Assembly (NCBI GenBank): GCA_041738615.1
Contig: JBGSPL010000001.1
Span: 10,706 to 74,705, forward strand
Direction: 5' to 3'
From: Patescibacteria group bacterium
GTDB taxonomy: Bacteria > Patescibacteriota > CPR2 > UBA1875 > CAIMLA01
DNA: 64,000 bases
This document shows, piece after piece, positions 44,501 to 53,460 of the stretch. Every line of letters starts with the position of its first letter. Position 1 is the first letter of the stretch. The notes beneath the pieces were generated by a model. It had not been told where the DNA came from. It did not search any database and worked only from the letters and a program-made list of their open reading frames with translations. Made by a program: the position numbers and the translations under genes.

Positions 44501-45323
44501 ACAGGCAATCCTTGCCGAGATCTCTGGCAAGATTGTGATCACAAACGCCAATGGTAAACACAAGATTGACATCGTCTCAGACGTACTTTCAGAGGATGTT
44601 TATGACATGACTGGTCTGACACCAGAGGTCAAGAACAATCAAACTGTTGCCATCAAGGACGTTCTTGCTACCAAGGACGGTAAGAAGCCTGTAAAGGCCA
44701 AGAACGCTGGTATCGTCAAAATCAAAGATGGCGCACTACGCGTAGTCCGCGACGCTGAGATCAAGAGCTACGAAGTCCCTCAGCAAGTTGGCGTTTACGT
44801 CAAGGATGGCGACTCTGTAGAGGTTGGTCACCAGATTACCGAAGGTTCTTGGAATCTACAAGACGCTCTGAAGCTGATGGGTGAAAACGCTGTCGAGCGC
44901 TACATCATGACCGAAGTTCAGCAGACCTATGCTTCACAAGGTCAGACGATCAACGACAAGCACATCGAAATTATCATCCGTCAGATGTTCTCACGTTGCC
45001 GCATCGACGAGGCAAACGACACTAGCTTCATTGCTGGCGAAATCGTTTCTCGTTCTGCTATGCAGCGTACGAACAACAAGACAAAGAAAGAGAAGAAGAA
45101 GATCGCCGAGTTTACTAACCTTCTGCTCTCAATCACCAAAGTATCCATTACTACCGATAGCTTCCTCTCCGCTGCTTCCTTCCAGGAAACTAGCAGGGTA
45201 CTTATTAGCGCCGCTGTAGCCGGCAAGGTCGACGAACTCAAGGGTCTTAAAGAGAATGTGATTATTGGTAAGCTGATTCCAGCCGGAACGGGCTTTGCTC
45301 AATCATTGCAAAAGAACAAATAA
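41577..45323 (+). CDS. rpoC: DNA-directed RNA polymerase subunit beta'
   Basis: Zinc-binding CxxC..CxxC, catalytic NADFDGDQM, trigger loop and jaw regions. Confidence 0.97.
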   Translation: MILQETRNENFKAIKLSIASPKHILDWSHGEITKPETINYRTLKPEKDGLFCEKIFGPAKDWECYCGKYKRIRYKGVICDRCGVEVTRSIVRRERMGHIKLAVPVTHIWFLRGVPSSIGLTLNLSARDLEKVAYFANYIILTVDDDAKQAAKKKIDEEFKARKAEIEATEKDAEARQQQIDDLEQFRTTARDDLNQISPLEIISESKYRDFSLKFGEVFTASIGAEAIKTLLEKVDLDKLVETLRIEVDASQGVKRKKAIKRLKLIEGFVSAGIRPEWMIMTVMPVIPPDLRPMVQLDGGRFATSDLNDLYRRVINRNTRLKKLLDMDAPEVICRNEKRMLQEAVDALIDNSARRDKNVSMATNRKKLRSLADMLKGKQGHFRQNLLGKRVDYSGRSVIVVGPHLKLDQCGLPKMMALELFKPFVISKLILDGIAHNVKSASRMIERSRTEVWDALDSVITGKYVLLNRAPTLHRLGIQAFKPVLIEGKAIQIHPLVCSAFNADFDGDQMAVHVPLSAKAQKEAAEIMLSTKNLLKPAAGEPVVKPSQDIVLGIYWMTVDVAEDRAVKAYSSKEEVISAFDLGELRVRSKVKLMIDGVLTETTVGRIFFNEILPVGFGFMNEEMTSKKLTAVIERIFVDYGSDETVKFVDKMKDLGFEFSTLSGISMSMDDFQIPESKGAILAKFEEKEKQVFAQYSQGMITGDERYAKILEIWMEARDEVMKAMAKDMDQASSAAVMMNSGARGNLSQMAQMAGMKGLVVNASGRTIEFPIKSNYKEGLSSLEYFSSTHGARKGLSDTALKTSDSGYLTRRLVDVSQEVVVTEKDCGTKNGTVITKTESKKIGEDFSARVISRVLAKEAVDEKTGEIILKKGTLIGTDEFAKLDNAQITEVTIRSALTCESEWGICQHCYGSDLARGGLIALGEAVGIIAAQSIGEPGTQLTMRTFHAGGIAGVDITQGLPRVEELFEARQPKGQAILAEISGKIVITNANGKHKIDIVSDVLSEDVYDMTGLTPEVKNNQTVAIKDVLATKDGKKPVKAKNAGIVKIKDGALRVVRDAEIKSYEVPQQVGVYVKDGDSVEVGHQITEGSWNLQDALKLMGENAVERYIMTEVQQTYASQGQTINDKHIEIIIRQMFSRCRIDEANDTSFIAGEIVSRSAMQRTNNKTKKEKKKIAEFTNLLLSITKVSITTDSFLSAASFQETSRVLISAAVAGKVDELKGLKENVIIGKLIPAGTGFAQSLQKNK

Positions 45324-45364
45324 TCTGTTAAAATCTATAAGATTTTCAAAGGAAAAGGGAAAAT

Positions 45365-45772
<408 letters not shown>

Positions 45773-45877
45773 TTAAACTATAAATAAATGCAGTGCTATT
45801 AGCTGCTCCGCCACGTAGAGAGCAGCTAAAGTATTCATCGAGAGCAGGGCAAATCCTGACTCTTACGAAGGAGAAGT

Positions 45878-46354
45878 ATGCCAAGAGATCCTAGAAAAGT
45901 AGAAAAAAGAATCCTGTTACCAGACGCAAAGTATGGTAGCGTTATCGTGTCTAAATTCATCAATAAGGTAATGCTCGACGGCAAGAAAAGCCTAGCCCAG
46001 AATCTAGTGTATGGCGCTATGGAAGAAGCCGAGAAGAAAGTTGGTAAGCCAGCTCTAGAAATCTTCGAGACTGCAGTCAAGAATGTTTCGCCAGTGGTTC
46101 AAGTAAAGTCTCGCCGTATTGGGGGCGCAACTTATCAGGTGCCTATGGAAGTGAAGGGTGATCGTCGTATGCACTACGGCTTTAGCTGGATTCGTGACGC
46201 TGCCCGCAACCGAAAGGGGATGGACTTCTCAAAGGCACTCGCCCTTGAACTTGTTGATGCCTACAACAGCATCGGTATCGCCATGAAGAAAAAGGAAGAT
46301 ACTCACCGTATGGCAGAAGCCAACAAGGCCTTTGCTCACTTTGCACGTTACTAA
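45878..46354 (+). CDS. rpsG: 30S ribosomal protein S7
   Basis: Conserved S7 sequence, in str operon order. Confidence 0.95.
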   Translation: MPRDPRKVEKRILLPDAKYGSVIVSKFINKVMLDGKKSLAQNLVYGAMEEAEKKVGKPALEIFETAVKNVSPVVQVKSRRIGGATYQVPMEVKGDRRMHYGFSWIRDAARNRKGMDFSKALALELVDAYNSIGIAMKKKEDTHRMAEANKAFAHFARY

Positions 46355-46360
46355 GTAACC

Positions 46361-46396
46361 TATTTGTCATTCCCGTGGAAGCGGGAATCTATAAAA
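46361..46396. repeat. hairpin repeat R1 (tGTCATTCCcg-TGGAAG-cgGGAATCtataaaa)
   Basis: ATTCCCG/CGGGAAT stem starting 7 nt after the rpsG stop. Confidence 0.6.
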
Positions 46397-46420
46397 CAAA
46401 CTAAATGAAATTGGAGGCGT

Positions 46421-48511
46421 ATGCCTAGAGAATATTCACTCGAAAACACAAGAAACATCGGAATTGCCGCTCATATCGATGCTGGTAAAACCACTGTAAC
46501 CGAGCGTATCCTATACTATACTGGTCGTACTCATAAGATCGGTGAAGTGCACGAGGGTGCAGCTACTATGGACTGGATGGAGCAGGAGCAGGAGCGTGGT
46601 ATTACTATCACATCCGCAGCGACTACTTGTTTTTGGGCTGGTCATCGTATCAACATTATTGACACACCAGGTCACGTAGACTTTACCGTAGAGGTAGAGC
46701 GTTCTTTGCGCGTATTAGACGGTGCGGTCGTAGTATTTGACGGTAAAAATGGTGTAGAGCCTCAGTCCGAGACTGTATGGCGCCAGGCCGATAAATATCA
46801 TGTTCCACGTATCGCTTTTGTAAACAAACTTGACGCTATCGGCGGCGATTTCTATATGTCGCTGGAATCTATCAAGGAACGTCTCGGTGCCAATGCAGTT
46901 GCTATGCAGCTGCCTATCGGTATGGAGTCTGGCTTCTCTGGTGTTGTAGACCTCATGGAGATGCGTTCGATCAACTACGGTAACGAGGATATGGGCAAAG
47001 AGCAGCATATCGCCGAGATTCCTGCTGACATGCTCGACAAGGCCAATGAATATCGCGCTATTATGGTAGAGAAAATTGCCGAAACCGACGACGCTCTTCT
47101 CGAGAAGTTCTTCGACGGCAAGGAAATCACTGTACCAGAACTCAAGGCTGCGCTTCGCAAGGCTACTATCGCCAACGAAATCGTGGGTGTTTTTGCCGGT
47201 ACTGCGCTTAAAAACAAGGGTGTTCAGCCAATGCTTGACGCCGTTATCGATTATTTGCCAAACCCGCTCGAGGTTCCTGCCGCTCATGGTGAGGACCCAA
47301 AGACTGGCGAGGAAGTAGCAGTAGAGAGTACCGATGATGGTCCTTTCTGTGGTCTTGTTTTCAAGATTGCTGCCGACCCATTCGTCGGTAAGCTTGCTTT
47401 CTTGCGTGTTTATCGTGGTCGCCTTGCTTCTGGAAGTTACGTTCTAAACGTAGCCACTGGGGAGAAAGAGCGTATCGGACGTATCGTTCGCATGCACGCC
47501 AACACCCGCGAAGAAGTGAGTGAAGTTTTCTCAGGCGAGATCGCTGCTGCAGTAGGTCTCAAGAATACTCTTACCGGTAACACTATTTGTGATCCTACCC
47601 ACCCAGTATTGCTCGAGAATATTACTTTCCCAGAGCCTGTGATTCAGGTTGCCATCGAGCCAAAGACCAAGGCCGACCAAGAGAAGATGGGCATCGCCCT
47701 CTCTCGTCTCGCCGAGGAAGATCCTACTTTCCGCGTCCATACCGATGAAGAAACAGGCCAGACTATCATAGCTGGTATGGGTGAGCTTCACCTCGACATT
47801 CTTGTCGACCGTATGAAACGCGAGTTCAAGGTAGAAGCAAACGTAGGTAAACCTCAGGTTGCTTACCGTGAGTCTATCAAGGGCAAGGTTAAACAGGAAG
47901 GTAAGTTCGTACGTCAATCTGGTGGACGTGGTCAATATGGTCATGTTTGGATCGAGATTGAGCCTAACGAAGAAGGTCTAGGATTCGAGTTCATCAATAA
48001 GATTGTTGGTGGCGCGATTCCAAAGGAATACATCAATCCAGTACAGAACGGTATCCGTGAAGCACTAGACAACGGTGTTATTGCTGGTTATCCAGTAGTA
48101 GACGTCAAGGTTACTCTCTATGACGGTTCATTCCACGAGGTAGACTCGAACGAAATGGCCTTCAAGATTGCTGGTTCCATGGCGCTTCAGGAGGGTGTCC
48201 GCAAGGCGACTCCTATTATTCTAGAACCAATTATGAAGGTAGAAGTTACCGTACCGGAAGAGTATATGGGTGATATTATGGGAGACCTCAACTCGAAGCG
48301 TGGACGCATTCAGCAGATGTCGGACCGCGGCAATGCCAAGATCGTAGACGCTTTCGTCCCACTAGCTGAGATGTTTGGCTACGCTACAAACTTGCGTTCT
48401 ATGACTCAGGGTCGTGGCACTAGTACAATGGAATTTGACCACTACGAAGAAGTTCCAGGAAACGTGGCTGCTGAGATTATCGCGAAGCGTGGTAAGAAAC
48501 AGGCAGAATAA
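46421..48511 (+). CDS. fusA: elongation factor G
   Basis: G-domain motifs [18 protein letters not shown], and domains II-V. Confidence 0.97.
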   Translation: MPREYSLENTRNIGIAAHIDAGKTTVTERILYYTGRTHKIGEVHEGAATMDWMEQEQERGITITSAATTCFWAGHRINIIDTPGHVDFTVEVERSLRVLDGAVVVFDGKNGVEPQSETVWRQADKYHVPRIAFVNKLDAIGGDFYMSLESIKERLGANAVAMQLPIGMESGFSGVVDLMEMRSINYGNEDMGKEQHIAEIPADMLDKANEYRAIMVEKIAETDDALLEKFFDGKEITVPELKAALRKATIANEIVGVFAGTALKNKGVQPMLDAVIDYLPNPLEVPAAHGEDPKTGEEVAVESTDDGPFCGLVFKIAADPFVGKLAFLRVYRGRLASGSYVLNVATGEKERIGRIVRMHANTREEVSEVFSGEIAAAVGLKNTLTGNTICDPTHPVLLENITFPEPVIQVAIEPKTKADQEKMGIALSRLAEEDPTFRVHTDEETGQTIIAGMGELHLDILVDRMKREFKVEANVGKPQVAYRESIKGKVKQEGKFVRQSGGRGQYGHVWIEIEPNEEGLGFEFINKIVGGAIPKEYINPVQNGIREALDNGVIAGYPVVDVKVTLYDGSFHEVDSNEMAFKIAGSMALQEGVRKATPIILEPIMKVEVTVPEEYMGDIMGDLNSKRGRIQQMSDRGNAKIVDAFVPLAEMFGYATNLRSMTQGRGTSTMEFDHYEEVPGNVAAEIIAKRGKKQAE

Positions 48512-48518
48512 CCCCCAT

Positions 48519-48555
48519 CACGTCATTCCGGACCTGATCCGGAATCTATACAAAA
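48519..48555. repeat. hairpin repeat R2 (cGTCATTCCgg-ACCTGAT-ccGGAATCtatacaaaa)
   Basis: ATTCCGG/CCGGAAT stem starting 8 nt after the fusA stop. Same flanks as R1. Confidence 0.6.
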
Positions 48556-48580
48556 AGACCTCAGAAATGAGGTCTTTTTG
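48556..48580 (+). terminator. rho-independent terminator after fusA
   Basis: AGACCTCA-GAAA-TGAGGTCT followed by TTTT. Confidence 0.8.
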
Positions 48581-48590
48581 ATATCTAGTA

Positions 48591-48625
48591 TATTTGTCGT
48601 TCCTGGTCGTAAGCCAGGGATCCTC
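48591..48625. repeat. hairpin repeat R3 (tatttGTCgTTCCtgg-TCGTAAG-ccagGGAtCC)
   Basis: About 30 of 34 positions match R4 at 52078..52108. Confidence 0.55.
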
Positions 48626-48659
48626 CCCTTGGCTTGCCTTGCTAAAGCAAGGCATTCAC

Positions 48660-48689
48660 GATACTTTTGTCCATAGTCACAAAAGTATC
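48660..48689. repeat. perfect 11-bp-stem hairpin GATACTTTTGT-(8 nt)-ACAAAAGTATC
   Basis: Perfect inverted repeat. Sister element at 52214..52241. Confidence 0.6.
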
Positions 48690-48878
48690 CAAAAAGACAT
48701 TATAAATGCGGCGGTCTGAGGACCTTCGCAGCGGACAGTCATGCCTGAGCGGCTTGGGTTTAGTCAAATTGCGATCTCTCACAAATCTATAGGATTGGCC
48801 GTTGTAGTACACGCATTTTATTAATCTCACGTCCTAGGCCCTCCAGACACGTTACAGGGCAAGTTAACGTCAAAATCA

Positions 48879-48907
48879 TTGATTATTGCTCTATTTTGGC
48901 ATATAAT
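48879..48907 (+). promoter_or_regulatory. near-consensus promoter (TTGATT-17-TATAAT) at the head of GC-rich cassette 2
   Basis: TTGATT at 48879-48884 and TATAAT at 48902-48907. Confidence 0.6.
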
Positions 48908-48960
48908 CGCGGTCAGTAGTTTACAGAGCATGGGTTGACTTGCCCAGAGAGGGGAATCGT

Positions 48961-49131
48961 ATGCCGCAAGAAACTGCTGCTCCGGCTTGGATCGGATGGG
49001 TGCTCCTTCTAATCCCCACCGCCATGATCTTCATTGGACCCATGGCGTACAAGAGGCGCGATGACGTAAGAGCTTCGTGGCAAAGGCCGTCAGAGGATGA
49101 GATTAACCGATCGATTGGGTATCGCGGTTAG
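48961..49131 (+). CDS. small hydrophobic protein (56 aa, one TM helix), cassette 2
   Basis: GAGAGGGG SD 7 nt before the ATG at 48961. Sequence WIGWVLLLIPTAMIFIGPMAY followed by a basic tail. Confidence 0.4.
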   Translation: MPQETAAPAWIGWVLLLIPTAMIFIGPMAYKRRDDVRASWQRPSEDEINRSIGYRG

Positions 49132-49196
49132 CCCCGTCTGATAGGTAGTCAAAGGCGAGCGCGCCCCCCGGTGCGCACCTGACGAGAAGAGGGGAC

Positions 49197-49328
49197 ATGA
49201 AGAGGATACTGAGTGATTTGTGGTGGACCTTGGTGGTCTACCTGGTCTGCTCCATTGTCTGGGCCGTTTGTGGCCTGGCTTCGGTCGGGATCGTTCCTGA
49301 CCAGATTGGCGCCGACGAAGGCGCCTAG
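49197..49328 (+). CDS. small hydrophobic peptide (43 aa, one TM helix), cassette 2; not in the ORF track
   Basis: ATG at 49197 after AAGAGGGG. MKRILSDLWWTLVVYLVCSIVWAVCGLASVGIVPDQIGADEGA. Confidence 0.35.
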   Translation: MKRILSDLWWTLVVYLVCSIVWAVCGLASVGIVPDQIGADEGA

Positions 49329-49347
49329 CGCCAGAATGGAGTAGACC

Positions 49348-49593
49348 GTGAGTAAGGTCATAGTCTCCCTGCCGGGAGGTAAGGCGATATTCACAGAGGA
49401 GCTTCCTCGGGAAGCAACGACGGTTTCCGTCGAGTATGCCCAGAGGCTCGTGGATCAGCTCGGGAAGACCGACGGGAGGAACTACCAGCTGTGCACTAAG
49501 CCTCAAGTCGCGAGCGACGAGGACGAGGAGCGCAATCTGCTTCCTGGAGATGTTCTCATCAGCATCGCCGATTTTGGTCCTCGTACAAACTGA
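49348..49593 (+). CDS. hypothetical protein (81 aa, GTG start), cassette 2
   Basis: GGAG SD 6 nt before the GTG. No family recognised. Confidence 0.4.
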   Translation: MSKVIVSLPGGKAIFTEELPREATTVSVEYAQRLVDQLGKTDGRNYQLCTKPQVASDEDEERNLLPGDVLISIADFGPRTN

Positions 49594-49658
49594 GGCCGTC
49601 CACGGCACATCCAAACGCATGTTGGGATGTCGCCGGTGGCGGCCTCTCAACATATATA

Positions 49659-49687
49659 TTGTCAAGAATGCTTATCCATAGTAAGAT
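49659..49687 (+). promoter_or_regulatory. candidate internal promoter (TTGTCA-17-TAAGAT)
   Basis: AT-rich 60-nt spacer inside the GC-rich cassette. Moderate match to consensus. Confidence 0.35.
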
Positions 49688-49753
49688 ATCGCCATCGACG
49701 TTAGTGTCACTTGTGTGCGCCTAGCGGCGTGCACCTACCAAGGGGGGGCGGGG

Positions 49754-50233
49754 ATGATGAAACGCTGGTTACTCGACGGCTTGCAAGTGCTTGTGTTGTC
49801 AGCCGTACTGACAGCGGCTTGTTACGCGCCGGTTTTTGCCGGCATCTGGCTCTACGGGGTCATCGGGGGCTTGAACCTGTTCGTACTGTTCCTGGCTGTG
49901 GCTGTTGTGGCCATTCGCATCGCACTCTCACCACATGGTTTCGTTGAGCGTTCAGCGGACCTGTGGCTTGCAGCTGTGGGCATGTCGCTCGCGGCGCTTG
50001 AGATGTGGAAGCCGCTTCTCACTACAGTCGTCTGCTGCGAGTACTTCATGTTCATGGCAGTGCTCGGCTACGGTGCTCCAGTCTGGTTGCTCGGACTTCC
50101 GGTCGCGATTTGGCCGGTACTGCCACTGCTGGTTTTGGCCAGCACGTTGCTTCTCGGGATGTTCATCATGCTGGAGGCAGAGGGCGACGAATTCTCCGAC
50201 ACCAGCGAGCTGGCGCGGTCGTTCGGCCACTAG
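49754..50233 (+). CDS. hypothetical polytopic membrane protein (about 159 aa, 4-5 TM helices), cassette 2
   Basis: AGGGGGGG SD before the ATGATG at 49754. Strongly hydrophobic with an acidic C-terminus. Confidence 0.5.
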   Translation: MMKRWLLDGLQVLVLSAVLTAACYAPVFAGIWLYGVIGGLNLFVLFLAVAVVAIRIALSPHGFVERSADLWLAAVGMSLAALEMWKPLLTTVVCCEYFMFMAVLGYGAPVWLLGLPVAIWPVLPLLVLASTLLLGMFIMLEAEGDEFSDTSELARSFGH

Positions 50234-50304
50234 GGACACCAGTGTCTCAGGTTCCGGAGGTCCTGCAACGTAGGTTGTGGGGCCTCCGGAAGAGAGAAAA
50301 ATAC

Positions 50305-50333
50305 TTGCACAAAGTAGTGATATATAGTAATAT
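50305..50333 (+). promoter_or_regulatory. promoter for tuf (TTGCAC-17-TAATAT)
   Basis: TTGCAC at 50305-50310 and TAATAT at 50328-50333, with a 110-nt AT-rich leader. Confidence 0.45.
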
Positions 50334-50444
50334 TTGTAAGCCAAATGAATACATATCCACCACGTCACGAAGGACGGGGGGATTTAAAGTGTATTACAAG
50401 AATATTAAACAAAATTAACAAAGTAAAACTTACAAGGAGACCAA

Positions 50445-51620
50445 ATGGCTGAAGTTTATAAGAGAGACAAGCCCCATGTAAACGTTGGTACTATCGGACA
50501 CGTTGACCATGGTAAGACAACCCTGACCGCTGCAATTACATCGGTACTTGCAAAGAAAGGCCTAGCTACCGCTAGAAAGTTTGCCGACATCGACAACGCT
50601 CCAGAAGAGCGAGAACGTGGTATTACTATTGCTACTTCTCACCAAGAGTACGAGACAGAGAAGCGTCATTATGCGCACGTTGACTGTCCTGGACATGCCG
50701 ACTACGTAAAGAACATGATCACTGGTGCTGCACAGATGGACGGCGCTATCTTGGTTGTGGCAGCTACTGACGGTCCTATGCCTCAGACTCGTGAGCACAT
50801 CCTACTTGCTTACCAAGTTGGTGTTCCACAGATTGTAGTTTACATGAACAAATGTGACATGGTTGATGATGCAGAGATGCTTGACCTCGTCGAGATGGAA
50901 ATTCGTGAGCTTCTTACTAAGTACAAATATGATGGTGACAACACACCTATCATTCGTGGTTCAGCCCTCAAGGCGCTTGAAGGCGATGCTAAGTACGAAG
51001 AGTCAATCATGGAGCTTATGAACGCTCTTGATACATACATCCCAGAGCCTACTCGTGATACCGACAAACCTTTCATGATGGCTGTAGAGGACGTTTTCTC
51101 TATCAAGGGTCGTGGTACAGTTGCTACTGGTCGTATCGACCGTGGTGTTGTTAAGATCAACGACGAAGTAGAAATCATTGGTATTAAGCCTACTCGCAAG
51201 ACTGTTGTTACTGGTATCGAGATGTTCAAGAAACAGCTCGAGCAGGGACAAGCTGGTGACAATGCTGGTTTGCTACTACGCGGTATTGAAAAGAACGACA
51301 TTGAGCGTGGTATGGTTCTAGCAAAGTCTGGTTCTATCACACCTCATACAGAGTTTGACGCTGAAGTATACGTTCTTACCAAAGAAGAAGGCGGACGACA
51401 TACTCCTTTCTTCAAGGGTTACAAACCTCAGTTCTACATCCGTACAACTGACGTAACTGGTGAGATCGAATTCGAAGGCGAAATGGTTATGCCTGGCGAT
51501 AACGTCAAGATGGCCGTTAAGCTTATCCAGCCAATCGCTATCGAAGAGGGTCTTCGCTTCGCAATCCGCGAAGGTGGCCGTACAGTTGGCGCTGGTGTAG
51601 TTACCAAGATCAAGAAATAG
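50445..51620 (+). CDS. tuf: elongation factor Tu
   Basis: [18 protein letters not shown] motifs and domains II/III. Confidence 0.97.
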   Translation: MAEVYKRDKPHVNVGTIGHVDHGKTTLTAAITSVLAKKGLATARKFADIDNAPEERERGITIATSHQEYETEKRHYAHVDCPGHADYVKNMITGAAQMDGAILVVAATDGPMPQTREHILLAYQVGVPQIVVYMNKCDMVDDAEMLDLVEMEIRELLTKYKYDGDNTPIIRGSALKALEGDAKYEESIMELMNALDTYIPEPTRDTDKPFMMAVEDVFSIKGRGTVATGRIDRGVVKINDEVEIIGIKPTRKTVVTGIEMFKKQLEQGQAGDNAGLLLRGIEKNDIERGMVLAKSGSITPHTEFDAEVYVLTKEEGGRHTPFFKGYKPQFYIRTTDVTGEIEFEGEMVMPGDNVKMAVKLIQPIAIEEGLRFAIREGGRTVGAGVVTKIKK

Positions 51621-51629
51621 ATTCACACA

Positions 51630-51651
51630 GATCCCCGCGCAAGCGGGGATC
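51630..51651. repeat. GC-rich hairpin R6 (GATCCCCGC-GCAA-GCGGGGATC) after tuf
   Basis: 9-bp perfect stem followed by TTATAATAAC and no U-run. Flanks resemble R1/R2. Confidence 0.5.
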
Positions 51652-51713
51652 TTATAATAACTAAAACTTATAGATAGCAGGGCACTTTGACCCTGGGAAC
51701 TAGAAGGAGACAC

Positions 51714-52034
51714 ATGGCTGAGAAAAACGAAAAACAGAGGATCCGAATCAAACTAAAGGCGTACGACAACAAGATTATCGACCAGTCGACAACACAGATA
51801 ATCGAGACAGCAGTGCGCAGTGGTGCTAAGGTGGCGGGACCTATCCCACTACCAACAGATAGGACTCCTATCACTGTAAACCGCGCGAGCAACGTCAACA
51901 AGAACGCACGAGAACAGTTTGAGATGCGGGTGCACAAGCGCCTCATAGATATCACTGACTTCACAGCGAAGACAGTGGACAGTCTGATGAGTCTCTCACT
52001 TCCAGCCGGAGTAGACATCGAAATCAAAATGTAA
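51714..52034 (+). CDS. rpsJ: 30S ribosomal protein S10
   Basis: GAAGGAGA SD before the ATG at 51714. S10 signature [11 protein letters not shown]. The ORF-track start at 51687 lacks an SD. Confidence 0.95.
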   Translation: MAEKNEKQRIRIKLKAYDNKIIDQSTTQIIETAVRSGAKVAGPIPLPTDRTPITVNRASNVNKNAREQFEMRVHKRLIDITDFTAKTVDSLMSLSLPAGVDIEIKM

Positions 52035-52043
52035 TAGTAAAAA

Positions 52044-52064
52044 AGCCCCTTCGGGGGCTTTTTT
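52044..52064 (+). terminator. rho-independent terminator immediately after rpsJ
   Basis: AGCCCC-TTCG-GGGGCT followed by TTTTT. Confidence 0.8.
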
Positions 52065-52077
52065 GATTACCGGTATA

Positions 52078-52108
52078 TTGTCATTCCTGGTAGTAAGTCA
52101 GGGACCCA
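52078..52108. repeat. hairpin repeat R4 (tGTCATTCCtgg-TAGTAAG-tcagGGAcCC)
   Basis: Near-identical to R3. Confidence 0.55.
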
Positions 52109-52118
52109 GCCTTTCCAA

Positions 52119-52146
52119 CGTCATTGCGAGCGAAGCGCGGCAATCT
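52119..52146. repeat. hairpin repeat R8 (cGTCATTgCgagc-GAAGC-gcgGCAATCtccc)
   Basis: Same architecture, with ATTGC/GCAAT replacing ATTCC/GGAAT. Confidence 0.45.
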
Positions 52147-52153
52147 CCCTGTC

Positions 52154-52178
52154 CGTCATTCCATCGTAGACTGGAATC
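52154..52178. repeat. hairpin repeat R7 (cGTCATTCCatc-GTAGAC-tGGAATCc)
   Basis: ATTCCA/TGGAAT stem. Confidence 0.55.
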
Positions 52179-52213
52179 CATTACTAGCGGATTAATCTTA
52201 GCGTTATTCCTTC

Positions 52214-52241
52214 GATACCTTTCTCTTGAAAGAAAGGTATC
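52214..52241. repeat. perfect 11-bp-stem hairpin GATACCTTTCT-CTTGAA-AGAAAGGTATC
   Basis: Perfect inverted repeat with the same GATAC...GTATC ends as 48660..48689. Confidence 0.6.
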
Positions 52242-52379
52242 CCAAAGTTCAAGAAAAATCGAACTCCCTCGTCTCTGTACGAAATTTTACTGAGCAAGCT
52301 CGCAATAATTTCTAGCATTCGACGATAGCCGGGCGCGCGGCACCGAGCGATTTTTCGGGGGAGTTGGAAGCGAATATTA

Positions 52380-52408
52380 TTGACAAAACGGCAATTTAGT
52401 ATTAAATT
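52380..52408 (+). promoter_or_regulatory. promoter at the head of GC-rich cassette 3 (TTGACA-17-TAAATT)
   Basis: Perfect -35 at 52380-52385. The TAAATT -10 is identical to the rpoB promoter -10. Confidence 0.5.
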
Positions 52409-52482
52409 ATAGTGTCGTCATAGCCCCGATGGCTATTTCGACGCACGTTGACGTTAATTCACGACACCAGGAGGTGTTTGCG

Positions 52483-52935
52483 GTGCCAAACGCTGGTCCT
52501 CGCACCGAAAAGACGGCCGGCGTGAAGCGGCCGAACTGTTTTTGGGTGGCTGTCTTCGAGGTGCTTACCGGTGGGAAGAAGTACCGCGTTGATTTCGCGG
52601 TGAGTCGTTCACAGAAGGACGCCTATCTGGCGGATGGTCACGATTCCTCTGTCGATCGCAACTACTCTCATCTGATATGCGCAAAGCTCAGGGATGAGCA
52701 CGGAGTTATCGTTGAGATTCTTGCACCGAGCCAGTTTCGCTTGATTGAGTTCCATTCACGCGATGCCGGTTCGATGTCCACCGAGGAGTTGGCCCGAATC
52801 ATGCGACGGACCGAGAAGAACACCGCCGAGACTGCTGCAATCGTGGCTGCTCACAACGATAAGAAGGCGGCCAAAGAGAAGGCTAAACGCCAGAGGATAA
52901 CCCGTACTGGAGATGGGCAAGCCGAGCTCTTCTAG
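52483..52935 (+). CDS. hypothetical protein (150 aa, GTG start), cassette 3 gene A
   Basis: AGGAGG 8 nt before the GTG at 52483, in frame with the ORF-track ORF 52429..52935. Lys/Ala-rich C-terminus. No family recognised. Confidence 0.45.
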   Translation: MPNAGPRTEKTAGVKRPNCFWVAVFEVLTGGKKYRVDFAVSRSQKDAYLADGHDSSVDRNYSHLICAKLRDEHGVIVEILAPSQFRLIEFHSRDAGSMSTEELARIMRRTEKNTAETAAIVAAHNDKKAAKEKAKRQRITRTGDGQAELF

Positions 52936-53010
52936 CCTTTGGCTCGCGCTCACAAGGATTTGCGTTTAGGGATGTGCCCAAACGTGAAACAGCACAGAGA
53001 GGGGAGTCGC

Positions 53011-53334
53011 GTGAACGAGCTGGAGCAGTTCTACGCGCATTTGCGGTTCTTCATCCGTGAAGGGCCGAAGTACGTCGTTCCTGGCAAGGAGAGTTGCCCC
53101 GAGGTTACCCTCGACACTCTCGTAAGGCAGGGCATGGAGCTCGAGCCTGAGCTTTGGGGCAATGAGACACAGACTCGCGAGATCATCTTTGGACTTCGCG
53201 GCATGGACCTCGCAGCCTGGGAGGTTTTTGCTCGCAAGAATCCCGAGGGTTTCAAGCGGCTCAAGTCGGCCTACGACTACGAGGAGGCGTTCCATATCGC
53301 GATGTCTCGCGAAGAGGCCGCCAAGAAACGCTAG
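53011..53334 (+). CDS. hypothetical protein (107 aa, GTG start), cassette 3 gene B
   Basis: GAGGGGAG SD 4 nt before the GTG at 53011, in frame with ORF 52939..53334. No family recognised. Confidence 0.4.
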   Translation: MNELEQFYAHLRFFIREGPKYVVPGKESCPEVTLDTLVRQGMELEPELWGNETQTREIIFGLRGMDLAAWEVFARKNPEGFKRLKSAYDYEEAFHIAMSREEAAKKR

Positions 53335-53344
53335 TGACGTCAAC

Positions 53345-53393
53345 GTCGACGACCGTGGGCGGTGGGGGAAACCCCGCTGCCCACGTCGACCAA
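53345..53393. repeat. 49-bp GC-rich hairpin-forming direct repeat, copy 1
   Basis: GTCGACGACCGTGGGCGGTGGGGGAAACCCCGCTGCCCACGTCGACCAA. GTCGACG/CGTCGAC outer stem, imperfect inner stem around a GAAA loop. Confidence 0.8.
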
Positions 53394-53460
53394 TTTAATA
53401 CTCTATATGGTACGAACAGTGCCACCAACGACGTCAAACCCCAGGAAGGGGTGTGGCTTT

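Noticed and set aside
48642-48830. 62-aa - strand ORF in the AT-rich gap after fusA
   Set aside because: It overlaps the perfect 11-bp hairpin, has low-complexity sequence, and has only a weak SD at 11-nt spacing. It is more likely non-coding, but I left it as an open possibility.
49090-49665. 191-aa and 81-aa - strand ORFs in cassette 2
   Set aside because: They are antisense to the SD-bearing + strand genes and have no SD of their own. I treat them as GC-driven artefacts, though an antisense RNA is not excluded.
51654-51659. TATAAT hexamer right after the tuf R6 hairpin as an rpsJ promoter
   Set aside because: There is no plausible -35 at 17±1 nt, because the hairpin sequence occupies that position. 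rpsJ is more likely read through from tuf.
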